Positions 40,263 to 52,632 of a stretch of 64,000 bases of DNA are shown here, one piece after another. Both the position numbers and the translations under genes were made by a program. The DNA lies in NCBI GenBank assembly GCA_964016885.1, contig OZ024756.1:9362001-9426000 (forward strand), in the 5' to 3' direction. This DNA comes from Eledone cirrhosa. Taxonomy: Eukaryota. The notes under the pieces were generated by a model, which ran no database searches, was not told the origin of the DNA, and saw only the letters and a list, made by a program, of their open reading frames with translations. Every line of letters starts with the position of its first letter. Within the stretch, counting starts at the first letter, position 1.

Positions 40263-40572
40263 TCTTTCAAATCTGGCTGATCAGTTAGATCTGCTAATAT
40301 GCAGATATAACTAATCAGCCAGTCTGCTAATATGCAAATCAGGCCGATCAGTCACTGTATTTTTGAAAATAGCATATATTTTCACTAGCTCTGACAGTTT
40401 GGCAGGTGAACAGTGAGCTGTACTGAGGAAGGGTGATGCCCAGAAACATTAGCGTCTGCAGTTCTGTTCCCATGCCAACACAAGAGCAAGAATGAAGTGT
40501 TCATTCTACTGATATGGCTATAAAATAGAGGCTTGTTTGCATAATTGCAAACAAATCGAATGTTATTATTGT

Positions 40573-40760
40573 GAATTGGCAATATTGGTAGAGGGTCGGA
40601 CGCCTTGCTTTGACGCATAGAGTTACGGCCCTTGCTATTCTGAGTTCAAATCCTGCCGAGGTTAACTTTGCCTTTCATCCTTACGGGGTCGATAAAATAA
40701 AGTACCAGTAATGTACTGGTTAATTTGCTGGCTTTGTGCCAAAAGTAGAAACAATTATTA
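40573..40760 (+). mobile_element. OK-like SINE
   Basis: Family consensus. Confidence 0.8.
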
Positions 40761-40829
40761 ATATTCGAAAAACTCAGATTACATTTATTGTATTCAGCCA
40801 TGTAGAGCGAAAATTATATATATATACTT

Positions 40830-41308
40830 GTTCAGGCATCGCAGCCCACAAATAATGCCAAAGTTGCCCATGACAAGAACTGTAACTGCCACCTACCTGA
40901 AACCTGTCCATTACATAATGAATGTATGCAGTCTAACCTGGTTTACCAATGCACAGTGGAATCAGACAACCAGAAATGGTATTACATCGGAGCGACTGGG
41001 AATACATTTAAAGCCCGTTGGTATACACACCGTTACGCAATGAAACATTCCCAGCACCGTTATGTAACTATCCTTGCAAACAAGACCTGGCAACTGAGGG
41101 AAAGTAACCATCAATACACCCTGAAGTGGAAAAAATTATCGAACGCACCCCATATCGGAGTGGTATGAGAAGCTGTCGATTATGCGACCTTGAGCTGTTC
41201 CACATCTTAAGTTCGAAGAATAAGTTACTCAACAATAAAATCGAGAGATCAATTTATTGTAACCATAGACTCAAAGAGAAGTTTTCGCACTACAAATCGA
41301 ACCCTTAA
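40830..41308 (+). pseudogene. Penelope-like element (Naiad-type) GIY-YIG endonuclease 3' fragment
   Basis: NCNCHLPETCPLHNEC..NLVYQC..YYIGATGNTFKARWYTH..TLKW(fs)KIIE..CRLCDLELFHIL..LLNNKIE..CNH; same motif layout as 59990-60419. Confidence 0.85.
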
Positions 41309-41593
41309 CCTCTTACTACCAACTGACAAACTGCATATACTTAGACTTTATACCCTCTTGTAGTATCGAAACCCTTTAATTACCCACAAAACCAATACAT
41401 ATATCCCCCTCTTCTCCCTCATTCCTCTTCTATTTCTTCGTTTTCTTCCTTCCTTCCCTTCCCTTCTTGGCTATCTTTTCTTTTTTTCCTTCTCACCCCC
41501 CTTCTTTGCTTTTATTTTTGTCATTATTATCTTTAGCTTTTTTTTTTTATATATATATATATGTATGTGTATGTATGTATGTATGTATGTATG

Positions 41594-41698
<105 letters not shown>

Positions 41699-42159
41699 CT
41701 CTTTATAACTCCCCCCTCTCCCTCTCCCTCTCTATCCATCCCTCCCAGTATGATCAATTTAATTCTCTTTAACTCACTACACTCCACCACATGAAGTCTG
41801 CTATCAAAACTGACCAAAGAATCCTTCCACATCTACCCCTACCTCCACCTCAGTTTGTCATTCTACTTCCTACCTCTTCCCCCTTCCTCTCTCTCTATAC
41901 TATTACGTCTGTCCCCTCACCTCCTGATTCCTCTCTCTCTATACTAGTAAATACAATTCCAAATAAATGTTTTTCTCTATATATTAAGAATTATTTCAAG
42001 AGTAACTTACTATTTTGAAAATGTGGACTGTGAACAACAATTATAATTGAGTGGCTGCTATTTGCAGTATAGCAATATAAGGTTGCACTTACCAATGAAA
42101 CGGTCGTGAATACCTGGATAAAATCCTTCTCTTAATGCTTACCTGTGTTTTCTCTTTTA

Positions 42160-42213
<54 letters not shown>

Positions 42214-42433
42214 TTTCTGAATTTGTTTAGCAAGATTCTTTATCTGAAATCGTGTGTTGAAACCGATATTGTTATACTTTGGGAGGGTCATGTTGCCAAT
42301 AAGAAACACACGCACCAGTTGCTTTCACTTCAATTTATTATATATTTATAAATTTACAAATTTACAAATTTACAAACCTATAAATTTCTGGTTGGTTGGT
42401 TGGTTCCACAACCAGATAGTTGTTTATATATAT

Positions 42434-42478
42434 AGTCATAGTCCTTTCGTCACACACTCTGTGACCTCTTCAGTGACT
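42434..42478 (-). ncRNA. Type I hammerhead ribozyme (inverted arm)
   Basis: Reverse complement of 42588-42632. Confidence 0.8.
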
Positions 42479-42587
42479 GGGGATTCCTTTCTTCGTTTCT
42501 GTGCCTTTCCTTTCTTCTATCCTACGCCATTTTGTTTGGCGTAGGATAGAAGAAAGGAAAGGCACAGAAACGAAGAAAGGAATCCCC

Positions 42588-42632
42588 AGTCACTGAAGAG
42601 GTCACAGAGTGTGTGACGAAAGGACTATGACT
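42588..42632 (+). ncRNA. Type I hammerhead ribozyme, minimal stem III
   Basis: AGTCA-CTGAAGA-G-GTCACA gagtg TGTGAC-GAAA-GGA-CTA^TGACT. Confidence 0.8.
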
Positions 42633-42796
42633 ATATATATAAACAACTATCTGGTTGTGGAACCAACCAACCAACCAACCAGAAATTTATAGGTTTGTAA
42701 ATTTGTAAATTTGTAAATTTATAAATATATAATAAATTGAAGTGAAAGCAACTGGTGCGTGTGTTTCTTATTGGCAACATGACCCTCCCAAAGTAT

Positions 42797-42834
<38 letters not shown>

Positions 42835-43290
42835 ACTAGGAATTGATCAACATATATATAAATAAATATAAACATGAAAAATCACAGGAGATAATTAATG
42901 GATCGCTTGATATTATTCTTCCTTGTCGATAATCCAATAATATCCACTTTCCGTGACTTACCATCTGATTAATTGGTGAAATATATTTCTTTAATGAAAT
43001 ATATACAGGGAAGATTAATCATTAAAAGGTATATATTTTTTAAGTTCTAGTTAACTTTATTTATTTGTTACCTACTAGCCATGCGTGGTTACACTCTTAT
43101 AAAAATTTATCTCCTGTGATTTTTCATGTTTATATTTATTTATATATATGTTGATCAATTCCTAGTTATTATTAAATGCTCGTACTTACAAAGTCCTAGA
43201 GCTTATTTTCCGGGCGATATGCCGCATTCCGTTAAGGAATGACACCCACAATTTCGATTCTGATTGAATTCTTTTAATCTATCTTAATTT

Positions 43291-43333
<43 letters not shown>

Positions 43334-43386
43334 GTAAGTATGTATGTATACGTACATACATATATGTATACAGACGTACAGTAGCA

Positions 43387-43460
<74 letters not shown>

Positions 43461-43615
43461 TACATACAGGTACACATACATATATGCACGCATCAGTTTA
43501 GCGGACGCTTATTATAACGCCGCTTTGTTCGTTTGTAAACAAACTGAACAGCATGAATTTATGCCATACGGTCTTAAGGCAACCACGTCACCTTTTTGTT
43601 CAACACTGACACAGG

Positions 43616-43659
43616 AACGATGTACTAGTTTCAAGCTTGTTAGCTATCATCAGCACCGT
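43616..43659 (-). ncRNA. Type I hammerhead ribozyme (family B)
   Basis: Minus: ACGGTG-CTGATGA-TAGCTAACAAGCTT-GAAA-CTAGTA^CATCGT. Confidence 0.87.
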
Positions 43660-44091
43660 CTACACATCTGCCAGATAGTTGAACGTTCGAAAGTATATAC
43701 TTTCCTTATGAAAATTAACGGCTGAGCAGCCTAATTTGCATATTGAGTGAGTTAAATCGGTCAGGCATACCGAAAACGGTAAGTTGAAAAAAAAATGAAA
43801 ACGAAATTTCATTTCTCACTCTTAGTATGGCACTTACTTAAATGTAAGTATGTATGTATACGTACATACATATATGTATACAGACGTACAGTAGCATGCA
43901 TATATATATATATATATATACATATATATACATATATACATACAGGTACACATACATATATGCACGCATCAGTTTAGCGGACGCTTATTATAACGCCGCT
44001 TTGTTCGTTTGTAAACAAACTGAACAGCCTGAATTTATGCCATACGGTGTTAAGGCAACCACGTCACCTTTTTGTTCAACACTGACACAGG

Positions 44092-44135
44092 AACGATGTA
44101 CTAGTTTCAAGCTTGTTAGCTATCATCAGCACCGT
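44092..44135 (-). ncRNA. Type I hammerhead ribozyme (family B)
   Basis: Core and stems identical to 43616-43659. Confidence 0.87.
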
Positions 44136-44277
44136 TTACCCATCTGCCAGATAGTTGAACGTTCGAAAGTATATACTTTCCTTAACTCACTCAATATGCA
44201 AATTAGGCTGCTCAGCCGTTAATTTTCATAAGGAAAGTATATACTTTCGAACGTTCAACTATCTGGCAGATGGGTAA

Positions 44278-44321
44278 ACGGTGCTGATGATAGCTAACAA
44301 GTTTGAAACTAGTACATCGTT
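44278..44321 (+). ncRNA. Type I hammerhead ribozyme (family B, inverted arm)
   Basis: ACGGTG-CTGATGA-TAGCTAACAAGTTT-GAAA-CTAGTA^CATCGT. Confidence 0.85.
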
Positions 44322-44508
44322 CCTGTGTCAGTGTTGAACAAAAAGGTGACGTGGTTGCCTTAACACCGTATGGCATAAATTCAGGCTGTTCAGTTTGTTT
44401 ACAAACGAACAAAGCGGCGTTATAATAAGCGTCCGCTAAACTGATGCGTGCATATATGTATGTGTACCTGTATGTATATATGTATATATATGTATATATA
44501 TATGTATA

Positions 44509-44546
<38 letters not shown>

Positions 44547-44659
44547 TGCTACTGTACGTCTGTATACATATATGTATGTACGTATACATACATACTTACA
44601 TTTAAGTAAGTGCCATACTAAGAGTGAGAAATGAAATTTCGTTTTCATTTTTTTTTCAA

Positions 44660-44695
<36 letters not shown>

Positions 44696-44709
44696 TTTTA
44701 ATATAGATG

Positions 44710-44760
44710 AGATTCTACAGGACTAGAACTGTTTCATTCTTTAGAAATCATCAGGAATCT
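44710..44760 (-). ncRNA. Type I hammerhead ribozyme (family C)
   Basis: Minus: AGATTC-CTGATGA-TTTC taaa GAAT-GAAA-CAG ttctagtc CTG-TA^GAATCT. Confidence 0.85.
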
Positions 44761-45142
44761 GGGTATCAAAAAATAAGTATGGCATTTATAGGTCTCTACA
44801 AGTGGTAGGAGAGGGTGGGGAGTGGGATGGGTGTAGGTCATTGGTTGATAGAAAAGGGAATTCATTAAAAGCTAATTCTACAAAGCTATAGTTTATTTTT
44901 ATTTTTAGAGTAACAAAGGCAGAAAGAATTCTATAAACAGGTTCAGGATGGGGTGCCACTCCTTATTATTAAGTTTCTCTTAACAGGTGTCTATAAGATC
45001 AGTGGGGGTCAGTCATGGTAGATAGATTTAAAGGAAAGGGAGATTCTTTAAAAGCTAATATATATATATAAAAGGTAAACAGAAATAACAACACATTCGG
45101 TACAGTATATCGAAGGAATACACACACACACATATATATATA

Positions 45143-45490
45143 TTAGGATGGCCCTTATTTTTCAACTTTCTAAAAGTTTAGCTTCCACCCCCTATCTTGT
45201 TCGATAGCGGACAACTCTAAGGCGACCCTCATCGAAATTTTGAAGTTTTCGCATGGAAAGTCATTTTTCAGATAAAAATTCTTTATTTCTTATATAATTT
45301 TCTCTTAAATTAAAAACTTGTTCAGACTTATTCTTGCTATTAGAAGGATAAGTGACAATAAATATAATGGGGAAGGCAACTTGCAAAGCTGGGGACAGAG
45401 CGAAGGTATAGGATAAACACCTATTTTTCGCTGTGGGAGCATCAACATTTTAACTTTCGGAAAATTACCTATTGCTAAGGGCCACCCTAA
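45143..45490. mobile_element. MITE with 15-bp TIRs (TTAGGGTGGCCCTTA), hAT(hATm)-like
   Basis: TTAGGATGGCCCTTA ... TAAGGGCCACCCTAA; the same right end recurs at 48653-48667. Confidence 0.65.
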
Positions 45491-45538
45491 TATACATATG
45501 TAGTTGACAGCTGAGAGAAATGAGTACTCGGTATTGAG

Positions 45539-45604
<66 letters not shown>

Positions 45605-45605
<1 letters not shown>

Positions 45606-45806
45606 AATTTCATTGCTCTCCTTGCTCTCCTTTTCTCATTGCTTTCCTTGCTCTCCTTTTCTCCTTGCTCTCCTTGCTCTCCTTTTTTCATTGCTCTCCT
45701 TGCTTTCCTTTTCTCCTTACTCTCTTTTTCTCCTTGCTCTCCCTTTATCCTTGTATCTCTGTACTTGTTTATATACAAATACAATGAGAAAAGGGGTGTA
45801 AAGAGA

Positions 45807-45858
<52 letters not shown>

Positions 45859-46861
45859 AATTAGTATATCTACCAACATATATATACAGATGCATACCTA
45901 TGCTAGCAAATATATAGGTTTTGTCTTAGTAACTTTGTGGTTTAATGCAAGGGGATGCAGAACAATTATATGAAAGACGTAAAATAAGAAAATTATAAAA
46001 ATTAACTTACTTACTAAAATTTCACTCCAACTAATTAGTTTCTGAAAGGGAATAAACATGGTTTCCGAACGTCTTTCATATAATTGTTTTATAGCAAGAA
46101 CAATTATATGAAAGACGTTCGGAAACCATGTTTATTCCCTTTCAGAAACTAATTAGTTGGAGTGAAATTTTAGTAAGTAAGTTAATTTTTATAATTTTCT
46201 TATTTTACGTCTTTCATATAATTGTTCTGCATCCCTTTGCACTGAACCACAAAGTTACTAAGACAAAACCTATATATTTGCTAGTATAGGTATGCATCTG
46301 TATATATATGTTGGTAGATATACTAATTCTTTATAATTATCTCCAAATTATTTTGTTGAGCAAAAATTTGCCAAAACTACTACTATGGTTCATAGTAATA
46401 GTCAGGCAACTGTCTTATTAGCACCCCACTCCTCACTGATTAACCTCAATGACACGTGATTGATTCTTTTGAATTTGCCACCGACCAAGTAGGCAGTGAT
46501 TTTTTCAATGTCCTGGAATTTAGTCCTCGCTCGCTTTTTTCCATCCACTGAATTATTTTTGTATAAGTTCCCTGTGTCCACGCATTGCCTGGGAACTTAG
46601 CTGAGAATAGATCTCCCTGATGACGAAAGGACTTTTCTCCATGTTGTTCCGATCGGAACCATGTTTATTCCCTTTCAGAAACTAATTAGTTGGAGTGAAA
46701 TTTTAGTAAGTAAGTTAATTTTTATAATTTTCTTATTTTACGTATTTCATATAATTATTCTGCATCCCCTTGCATTGAACCACAAAGTTACTAAGACAAA
46801 ACTTATATATTTGCTAGCATAGGTATGCATCTGTATATATATGTTGGTAGATATACTAATT

Positions 46862-46899
<38 letters not shown>

Positions 46900-47365
46900 T
46901 CTTTACACCCCTTTTCTCATTGTATTTGTATATAAACAAGTACAGAGATACAAGGATAAAGGGAGAGCAAGGAGAAAAAGAGAGTAAGGAGAAAAGGAGA
47001 GCAAGGAGAGCAATGAAAAAGGAGAGCAAGGAGAGCAATGAGAAAAGGAGAGCAAGGAAAGCAATGAGAAAAGGAGAGCAAGGAGAGCAATGAAAAAAGG
47101 AGAGTAAGGAGTGCAATGAAAGAAGGAGAGCAAGGAGAGCAATGAAAAAATGAGAGCAAGGAGTGCAATGAAAGAAGGAGAGCAAGGAGAGCAATGAAAA
47201 AAGGAGAACAAGGAAAGCAATGAGAAAAGGAGAGCAAGGATAAAAGGAGAGCAAGGAGAGCAAGGAGAGCAATGAGAAAAGGAGAGCAAGGAGAGCAAGG
47301 ATAAAAGGAGAGCAAGGAGAGCAATGAGAAAAGGAGAGCAATGAGAAAAGGAGAAAAGGAGAAAA
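45605..47365. repeat. Complex inverted/tandem duplication with a degenerate hammerhead and a purine-rich minisatellite
   Basis: 45605-46070 is inverted relative to 46119-46335 and 46655-47080; CTGATGA at 46617 with GAAC-CATGTT-TATTC; (GGAGAGCAA/TGAGAAAA)n at 46960-47365. Confidence 0.75.
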
Positions 47366-48667
47366 GGAGCGGTTAAGGCAAATATTGCTGAAGTTATGCT
47401 GGAAGCAGACAAAAGTGAAGAAGAAGAAGAAGAAGAAAAAGGAGGGGGAGAAGGAGAGAAGAAGAAGAAGAAGAAGGAGGAGAAGGAGAGAAGAAGAAGA
47501 AGAAGAAGAAGAAGAAGAAGAAGAAGAAGAAGAAGAAGAGGTAGATTCTGCACCAAAATTACTTTTCTTACTCTATAAACATCGAGTTTTCGTCTTTTGT
47601 AACTCCTGGTACAAACACTTTTCTTCACTAGATTTTCTATCAGCATCGATTTCCTCGACAAAGACCCTTCAACATGGAAGGGTGATCCTGGTTATAAAAG
47701 TGGACTTGAAAAACTTGAGAAGACAGTTGTTGTGAATGATGTTGCAGAAAGAGGTGTCAAACTCATTCAGGATTACAATAGCATTCTCATAAAAGATGAA
47801 ACTGAGAAACAATTTGTTTTACAGATCGTTACCGAAAACCGTAAAACCTACCCAACTGCCACTAAATCCTCCCTTATGCAAAAATAATTGTTTCTACTTT
47901 TGGCACAAGGCCAGCAATTATCCCAGTGTATTACTGGTACTTTATTTTATCGACCCTGTAAGGATGAAAGGCAAAGTTAACTTCGACGGGATTTGAACTC
48001 AAACCATAAGGGCCGTAACTCTTTGCTGCAAAGCATGGCGTCTTACCCTCTACCGATACCGCCAATCCACCGTCCTTATGCAAAAATAATTGTTTCTACT
48101 TTTGGCACAAGGCCAGCAATTACCCAGTACATTACTGGTACTTTATTTTATCGACCCCGTAAGGATGAAAGGCAAAGTTAACCTCGGCGGGATTTGAACT
48201 CAGATCATAAAGGGACGTAACTATGCTGGAAAGCATGGCGTCCGACCCTCTACCGATAAAAATAATGTTCAATATTCAGTGTTCAGTGTTCGCATTATGT
48301 TTTTGATTCTATAGAAATTATTGTTGTAAATAAAAATGCGTTTCTCTTATAGAAGTTGTGTGCTTTATTAATAAAACCTAATATTTCTTAAGTTTTTCAT
48401 GTTATTTAAGGAATTTTTTCAAATTAACTATTGGTAAATTTGATTCAGAACGTTTTTAAACATTTGCTGCGGTTGCTAAGAAGAAAAAAGAAAATGGTCG
48501 AGATAGGGAGCGGTATACCGCTTTTGAAAAGAATTATTTGTTGCGTATACAATGTTCCAGTTTCAAGGCGTTTGAGGGTTGCCTAACAGTTGTCCAATTG
48601 ACTTGAAATTTTGCACACCCCGTGCTTTTGTTGATTAAAATTACTTATTGCTAAGGGCCACCCTAAT
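47365..48667 (+). mobile_element. hAT-like (probably hATm) DNA transposon 3' remnant interrupted by (GAA)n and two OK-like SINEs
   Basis: Frame reading SIDFLDKDPSTWKGDPGYKSGLEKLEKTVVVNDVAERGVKLIQDYNSILIKDETEKQFVLQIVTENRKTYP resembles a transposase C-terminus; right TIR at 48653-48667. Confidence 0.6.
47855..48258 (-). mobile_element. Two tandem OK-like SINEs
   Basis: Family consensus twice; CCTTATGCAAAAATAATTG duplicated. Confidence 0.8.
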
Positions 48668-48684
48668 ATATACACATATATCAT

Positions 48685-48942
48685 CTTGATCACCTTGACC
48701 GACCAGTCTGTCGGGCGCTAACCGGCGCCGCTGGTCACAGCACATCGTGCTGTTTTAGCCATAAGATAACGCCATCCCACTGGCTGGGCGGGCAGACCGG
48801 TACTAATTTCTACAGCTGATTAAACTGGAGCAACGTGAAATAAAATGTCTTGCTCAAGGAAACAACACATCACCCGGTCCGAGAATTGAACTCACAACCT
48901 TTCGATTGCAAGCCCAATGCTCTAACCACTAAGCCATGCGCC

Positions 48943-48945
<3 letters not shown>
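48685..48945 (-). mobile_element. tRNA-derived CORE-like SINE (different tail)
   Basis: Minus: GGCTTAGTGGTTAGAGC...GAGTTCAATTCTCGG...CCTTGAGCAAGACATTTTATTTCACGTTGCTCCAG. Confidence 0.7.
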
Positions 48946-49031
<86 letters not shown>

Positions 49032-49223
49032 TAATAAAAACAATGAAATAAAAACAAAGAACAAGTTCCTTATATTAAAAAATTCATCATTTTACGATCG
49101 TTTCTAGGATGTATATGTGTGTTGGTATGTATATCATATACATATATGTAAAAATATTACAAATTATCAGAGGAAATATTTTTCAATAAACAAATACGTA
49201 TGTGTATGTATATGTGTGTGTAG

Positions 49224-49311
<88 letters not shown>

Positions 49312-49954
49312 GTATATATGTGTATGTATATATATATATATATTAGAGTTAAACAAGGTTCATATGAATATATCTAAGAATGAGTTTTACACACATACAT
49401 ATGTGTGTGTTTGTATTTGTATGTATGTGTTTGTGATATGTATGTATATGTATGTATGTGTATGTATGTATGGATATGTATGTATGTATATATATATATG
49501 TATGTGTGTGTATATATTTATATGTGTGTGTGTGTATGTATATGTGCATGCGTATGTATGTGTATATGTATTTGTATATGTATGTGTATGTGTGAGAGTG
49601 TGTGTATGTATTTATTTTTACGTATGTATGTGTACGTGCCATTGTGTGTATTGCTTACCACGTGTGTTTGTTCATTTATCTGTTGCCTGTATCGCTGTCA
49701 ACACTATAATAATCTTTATATTCATTTTTATTCTTATGTGACGGTATTTTTATTATTATATATTTTTTTCTTATATTTATTTGTGTGTGTGAGTATGTAG
49801 GTGTGTGTACATATTTCTATATTTGTGCATGCCTATGTATGCGTGTATATATGTGTGTATGTATGTGTATGTATGTACGTGTGTATATATGTATGATTGT
49901 GCGTATGTATGTATGTATGTATGTATGTATGTGTATGTATATGTGTGTGTATAT

Positions 49955-49996
<42 letters not shown>

Positions 49997-50051
49997 ATAT
50001 ATATGTATATGTGTGTATGTATGTATATATATGTTTATGTGTATATATGCA

Positions 50052-50082
<31 letters not shown>

Positions 50083-50393
50083 ATGCACGTTTGTGTATTT
50101 GTATGTATGTGTATGTATGGATATGTTGATAATTATGTGTGTATGTATGTATGTGTATATGTATGTGTATGTATATATATACACATATATATGTGTGTGT
50201 GTGTATATGTGTGTGTGTGTATGTATGTGTGTATGTATATATATATGTGTATGTATATAATTGTGTGTGTGTGTGTGTGTGTGTGTTTGCATGTGTGTTT
50301 ATTTTTCCTTTCCTTCTTCCTTTTCCAGCCTCACTTTCATATAGATTATATTTTTGTTTTTAAAATCCAATACCAATAAATACACCAGGATTT

Positions 50394-50454
50394 TTTCATT
50401 CTGATGATTGAAAGCAAAATTTGTTTGCTTTTATGAAACCACTGGTAAATGAAA
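50394..50454 (+). ncRNA. Type I hammerhead ribozyme (family E)
   Basis: TTTCATT-CTGATGA-TTGAAAGCAAA atttg TTTGCTTTTAT-GAAA-CC act G-GTA^AATGAAA. Confidence 0.87.
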
Positions 50455-50563
50455 TAATTGCCTTATGTTGTTTATTACATAACTATTAAGCTCTGTTACC
50501 TACATAGAGCACTCTTTTTTCCTGGACTTTTCCGACGGAATTACTTCATTCATACATATATAT

Positions 50564-51078
50564 GGCATACGTCAAGACGGGCGGTCTCAAAAGTGAAAGT
50601 AAATTTATTTTCATTTTCGAACGTCGTGTTTACATTTTGTGTGTGTGTTCAAGCGAAACATGCTGGCGACGAAGCTTCTTCTTTGCACGGCTCCATGTCT
50701 TCTCTATGAGCTGTGTGTGCACATCAAGGTCCGCAGGATCTACAAAGTTCCGTTCGTGCACCACAACATCATGAACGTAAATCACACCTTCAATTTCCGA
50801 ATAGGAAGCCCAACCATCGGAGATGATGCGGCTGCCTGGCAAAATCCCTGCTGAATGATGGGGACGAGAGTGTCACAGCTTCGATTTGGGACTTCTACAA
50901 GGCAGCAGCGTCTAGAATGGCGGACTCACCATTCTGCAAGCCTCATTACAAGATTACTTCGGTATTGAGTACTCTTCTCTCAACCGTCAACTACACACAC
51001 ACACAAAATGTAAACACGACGTTCGAAAATGAAAATAAATTTACTTTCACTTTTGAGACCGCCCGTCTTGACGTATGC

Positions 51079-51079
<1 letters not shown>
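50564..51079. mobile_element. Merlin (IS1016/ISXO2-like) DNA transposon deletion derivative
   Basis: ~85-bp TIRs starting GGCATACGTCAAGACGGGCGG; minus-strand fragment PGSRIISDGWASY..VVHERNFVDP..VHTQLIEKTWSRAK matches ISXO2/Merlin transposase motifs. Confidence 0.8.
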
Positions 51080-51147
<68 letters not shown>

Positions 51148-51492
51148 AAAGAATAGAGGTGTAACACACAAGTTATTATATATTGGTAAACGGAATAGAA
51201 AATGATGACAAATTGTTCACAGTTGAAAAATGGTTTAATTAGGAACAGCACGGACACTCTATCTCAAAATTATTTTTGAAAAGCATTTAGAAATGCGCAA
51301 CCGGTAAAAACTTAAAAACTTAAAACCACAACTGAATACTAACCCATACAATCACTAATACTCTTTTATTCCTAATTAAACCATTTTTCAACTGTGAACA
51401 ATTTGTCAGCATTTTCTATTTCGTTTACCAATATATATATATATACATACATATTTTTATTTTTTTTTTATTTTTTTTTATTTTATAGAAGG

Positions 51493-51543
51493 AGCTTCTA
51501 CAGGACTAGTACTGTTTCATTCAGATGAAATCTTCAGGAAGCT
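51493..51543 (-). ncRNA. Type I hammerhead ribozyme (family C) plus inverted partial copy
   Basis: Minus: AGCTTC-CTGAAGA-TTTC atct GAAT-GAAA-CAG tactagtc CTG-TA^GAAGCT; inverted duplicate 51548-51585. Confidence 0.87.
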
Positions 51544-52271
51544 TTCATCCTGAAGATTTCATCTGAATAAAACAGTACTAGTCCTAAATCAGAAATGACA
51601 CTGGCAAAGTGCTCGATAGTTAAAAAACCAGAGCTAAACAATATGTTAAGAAGCCATACGAAACTGAGAAAGTGGTCAAGAAAGCAAATCAAGCTAAACA
51701 GGTCAAAACAAAATAAATGATAAAAAAACACAGACCTGGACCCCTTGGAATTGATGTTAAAATCAAAATGCAGGGTTTCTATGACACCTAAATCAAAATA
51801 CTGTCTGCTTAAAAATATAAGCTTTAGGTATAAGGATCGAACAAGGAATATCACGTTATCAACAGGTATTTTGCTCTGTACCAAATTAGTGAGTGACACA
51901 GAGGCACGTAAAAGCGCATGTGGAATTCACAAGGGGAAAAACCACAAATTTTGGCAAATGAATTCCATATTTATATATATAACTATCAATTCCAGATTCG
52001 AGCTCGATCACTACCGATTGTACCTCGAGATAATCGATCGCGAAACGATCGGTTATGTTCATACACGGAACAAATTCGCTACCCAAGGTTTCAAGGTCTA
52101 AATTTCCCTATCCCTCCTTTCTGGAAGTATGGTAAAACTTTGACCCTGAAACCTTTGGCAAGCCTTCAGTTCCGTGTAAATAAGTAATACAATATTTCTC
52201 CTCTCTTCCTGATTGAGCGCTGTTTTCCTTTTCCCCTTTTCACATCTACGTATATTGCTACATATACATAA

Positions 52272-52614
52272 ATAGTTTCTCTCGGTATTTGTGGAGGTTA
52301 CGTTCCTAGATTACCGCGAAGAGTGAAAACACCGCGAATATTGGACGTGATCCATAAAAATGCCTATAAACGTCAAAACATAACGTAAAATTTAGGCCGG
52401 CAATACGGTATATTGTTATTAATAATTTAGTGTTAAAAAGAGTGAAAACATATATATTGCCATGAAAAAAGCCATAAAATATCGCGGAAAATATTTACGA
52501 TTCCGCGAATATGCGGTGGTTTCCATGAACAATTATTAGTTAGGTTGTAACGAAAATTCCACGAATAACCGGGACCGGGAATATTGGGACCGTGAATGCC
52601 GGGGGCACACTGTA
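52272..52614. mobile_element. Old pogo/Tigger-like MITE
   Basis: Imperfect TIRs (TAGTTTCTCTCGGTATTTGTGG / CCGTGAATGCCGGGGGCACACTGTA) and subterminal CCGCGAA repeats. Confidence 0.45.
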
Positions 52615-52632
52615 GATATATTTATAAATATA

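Larger units (their letters stand above)
42266..42804. repeat. Near-perfect ~540-bp palindrome with one hammerhead per arm
   Basis: Arms ~265 bp around a 7-nt loop at 42530-42536; right arm ends in (TA)n. Confidence 0.9.
43330..44662. mobile_element. Family B retrozyme-like locus: tandem dimer (minus, 476-bp period) plus inverted monomer
   Basis: HHRs at 43616-43659 (-), 44092-44135 (-) and 44278-44321 (+); inversion at ~44183; (TA)n on both sides. Confidence 0.85.

Noticed and set aside
51590-52190. ORFs 51534-51899 and 51745-52101
   Set aside because: No recognisable motif; could be part of a decayed element next to the HHR at 51493, but unsupported.
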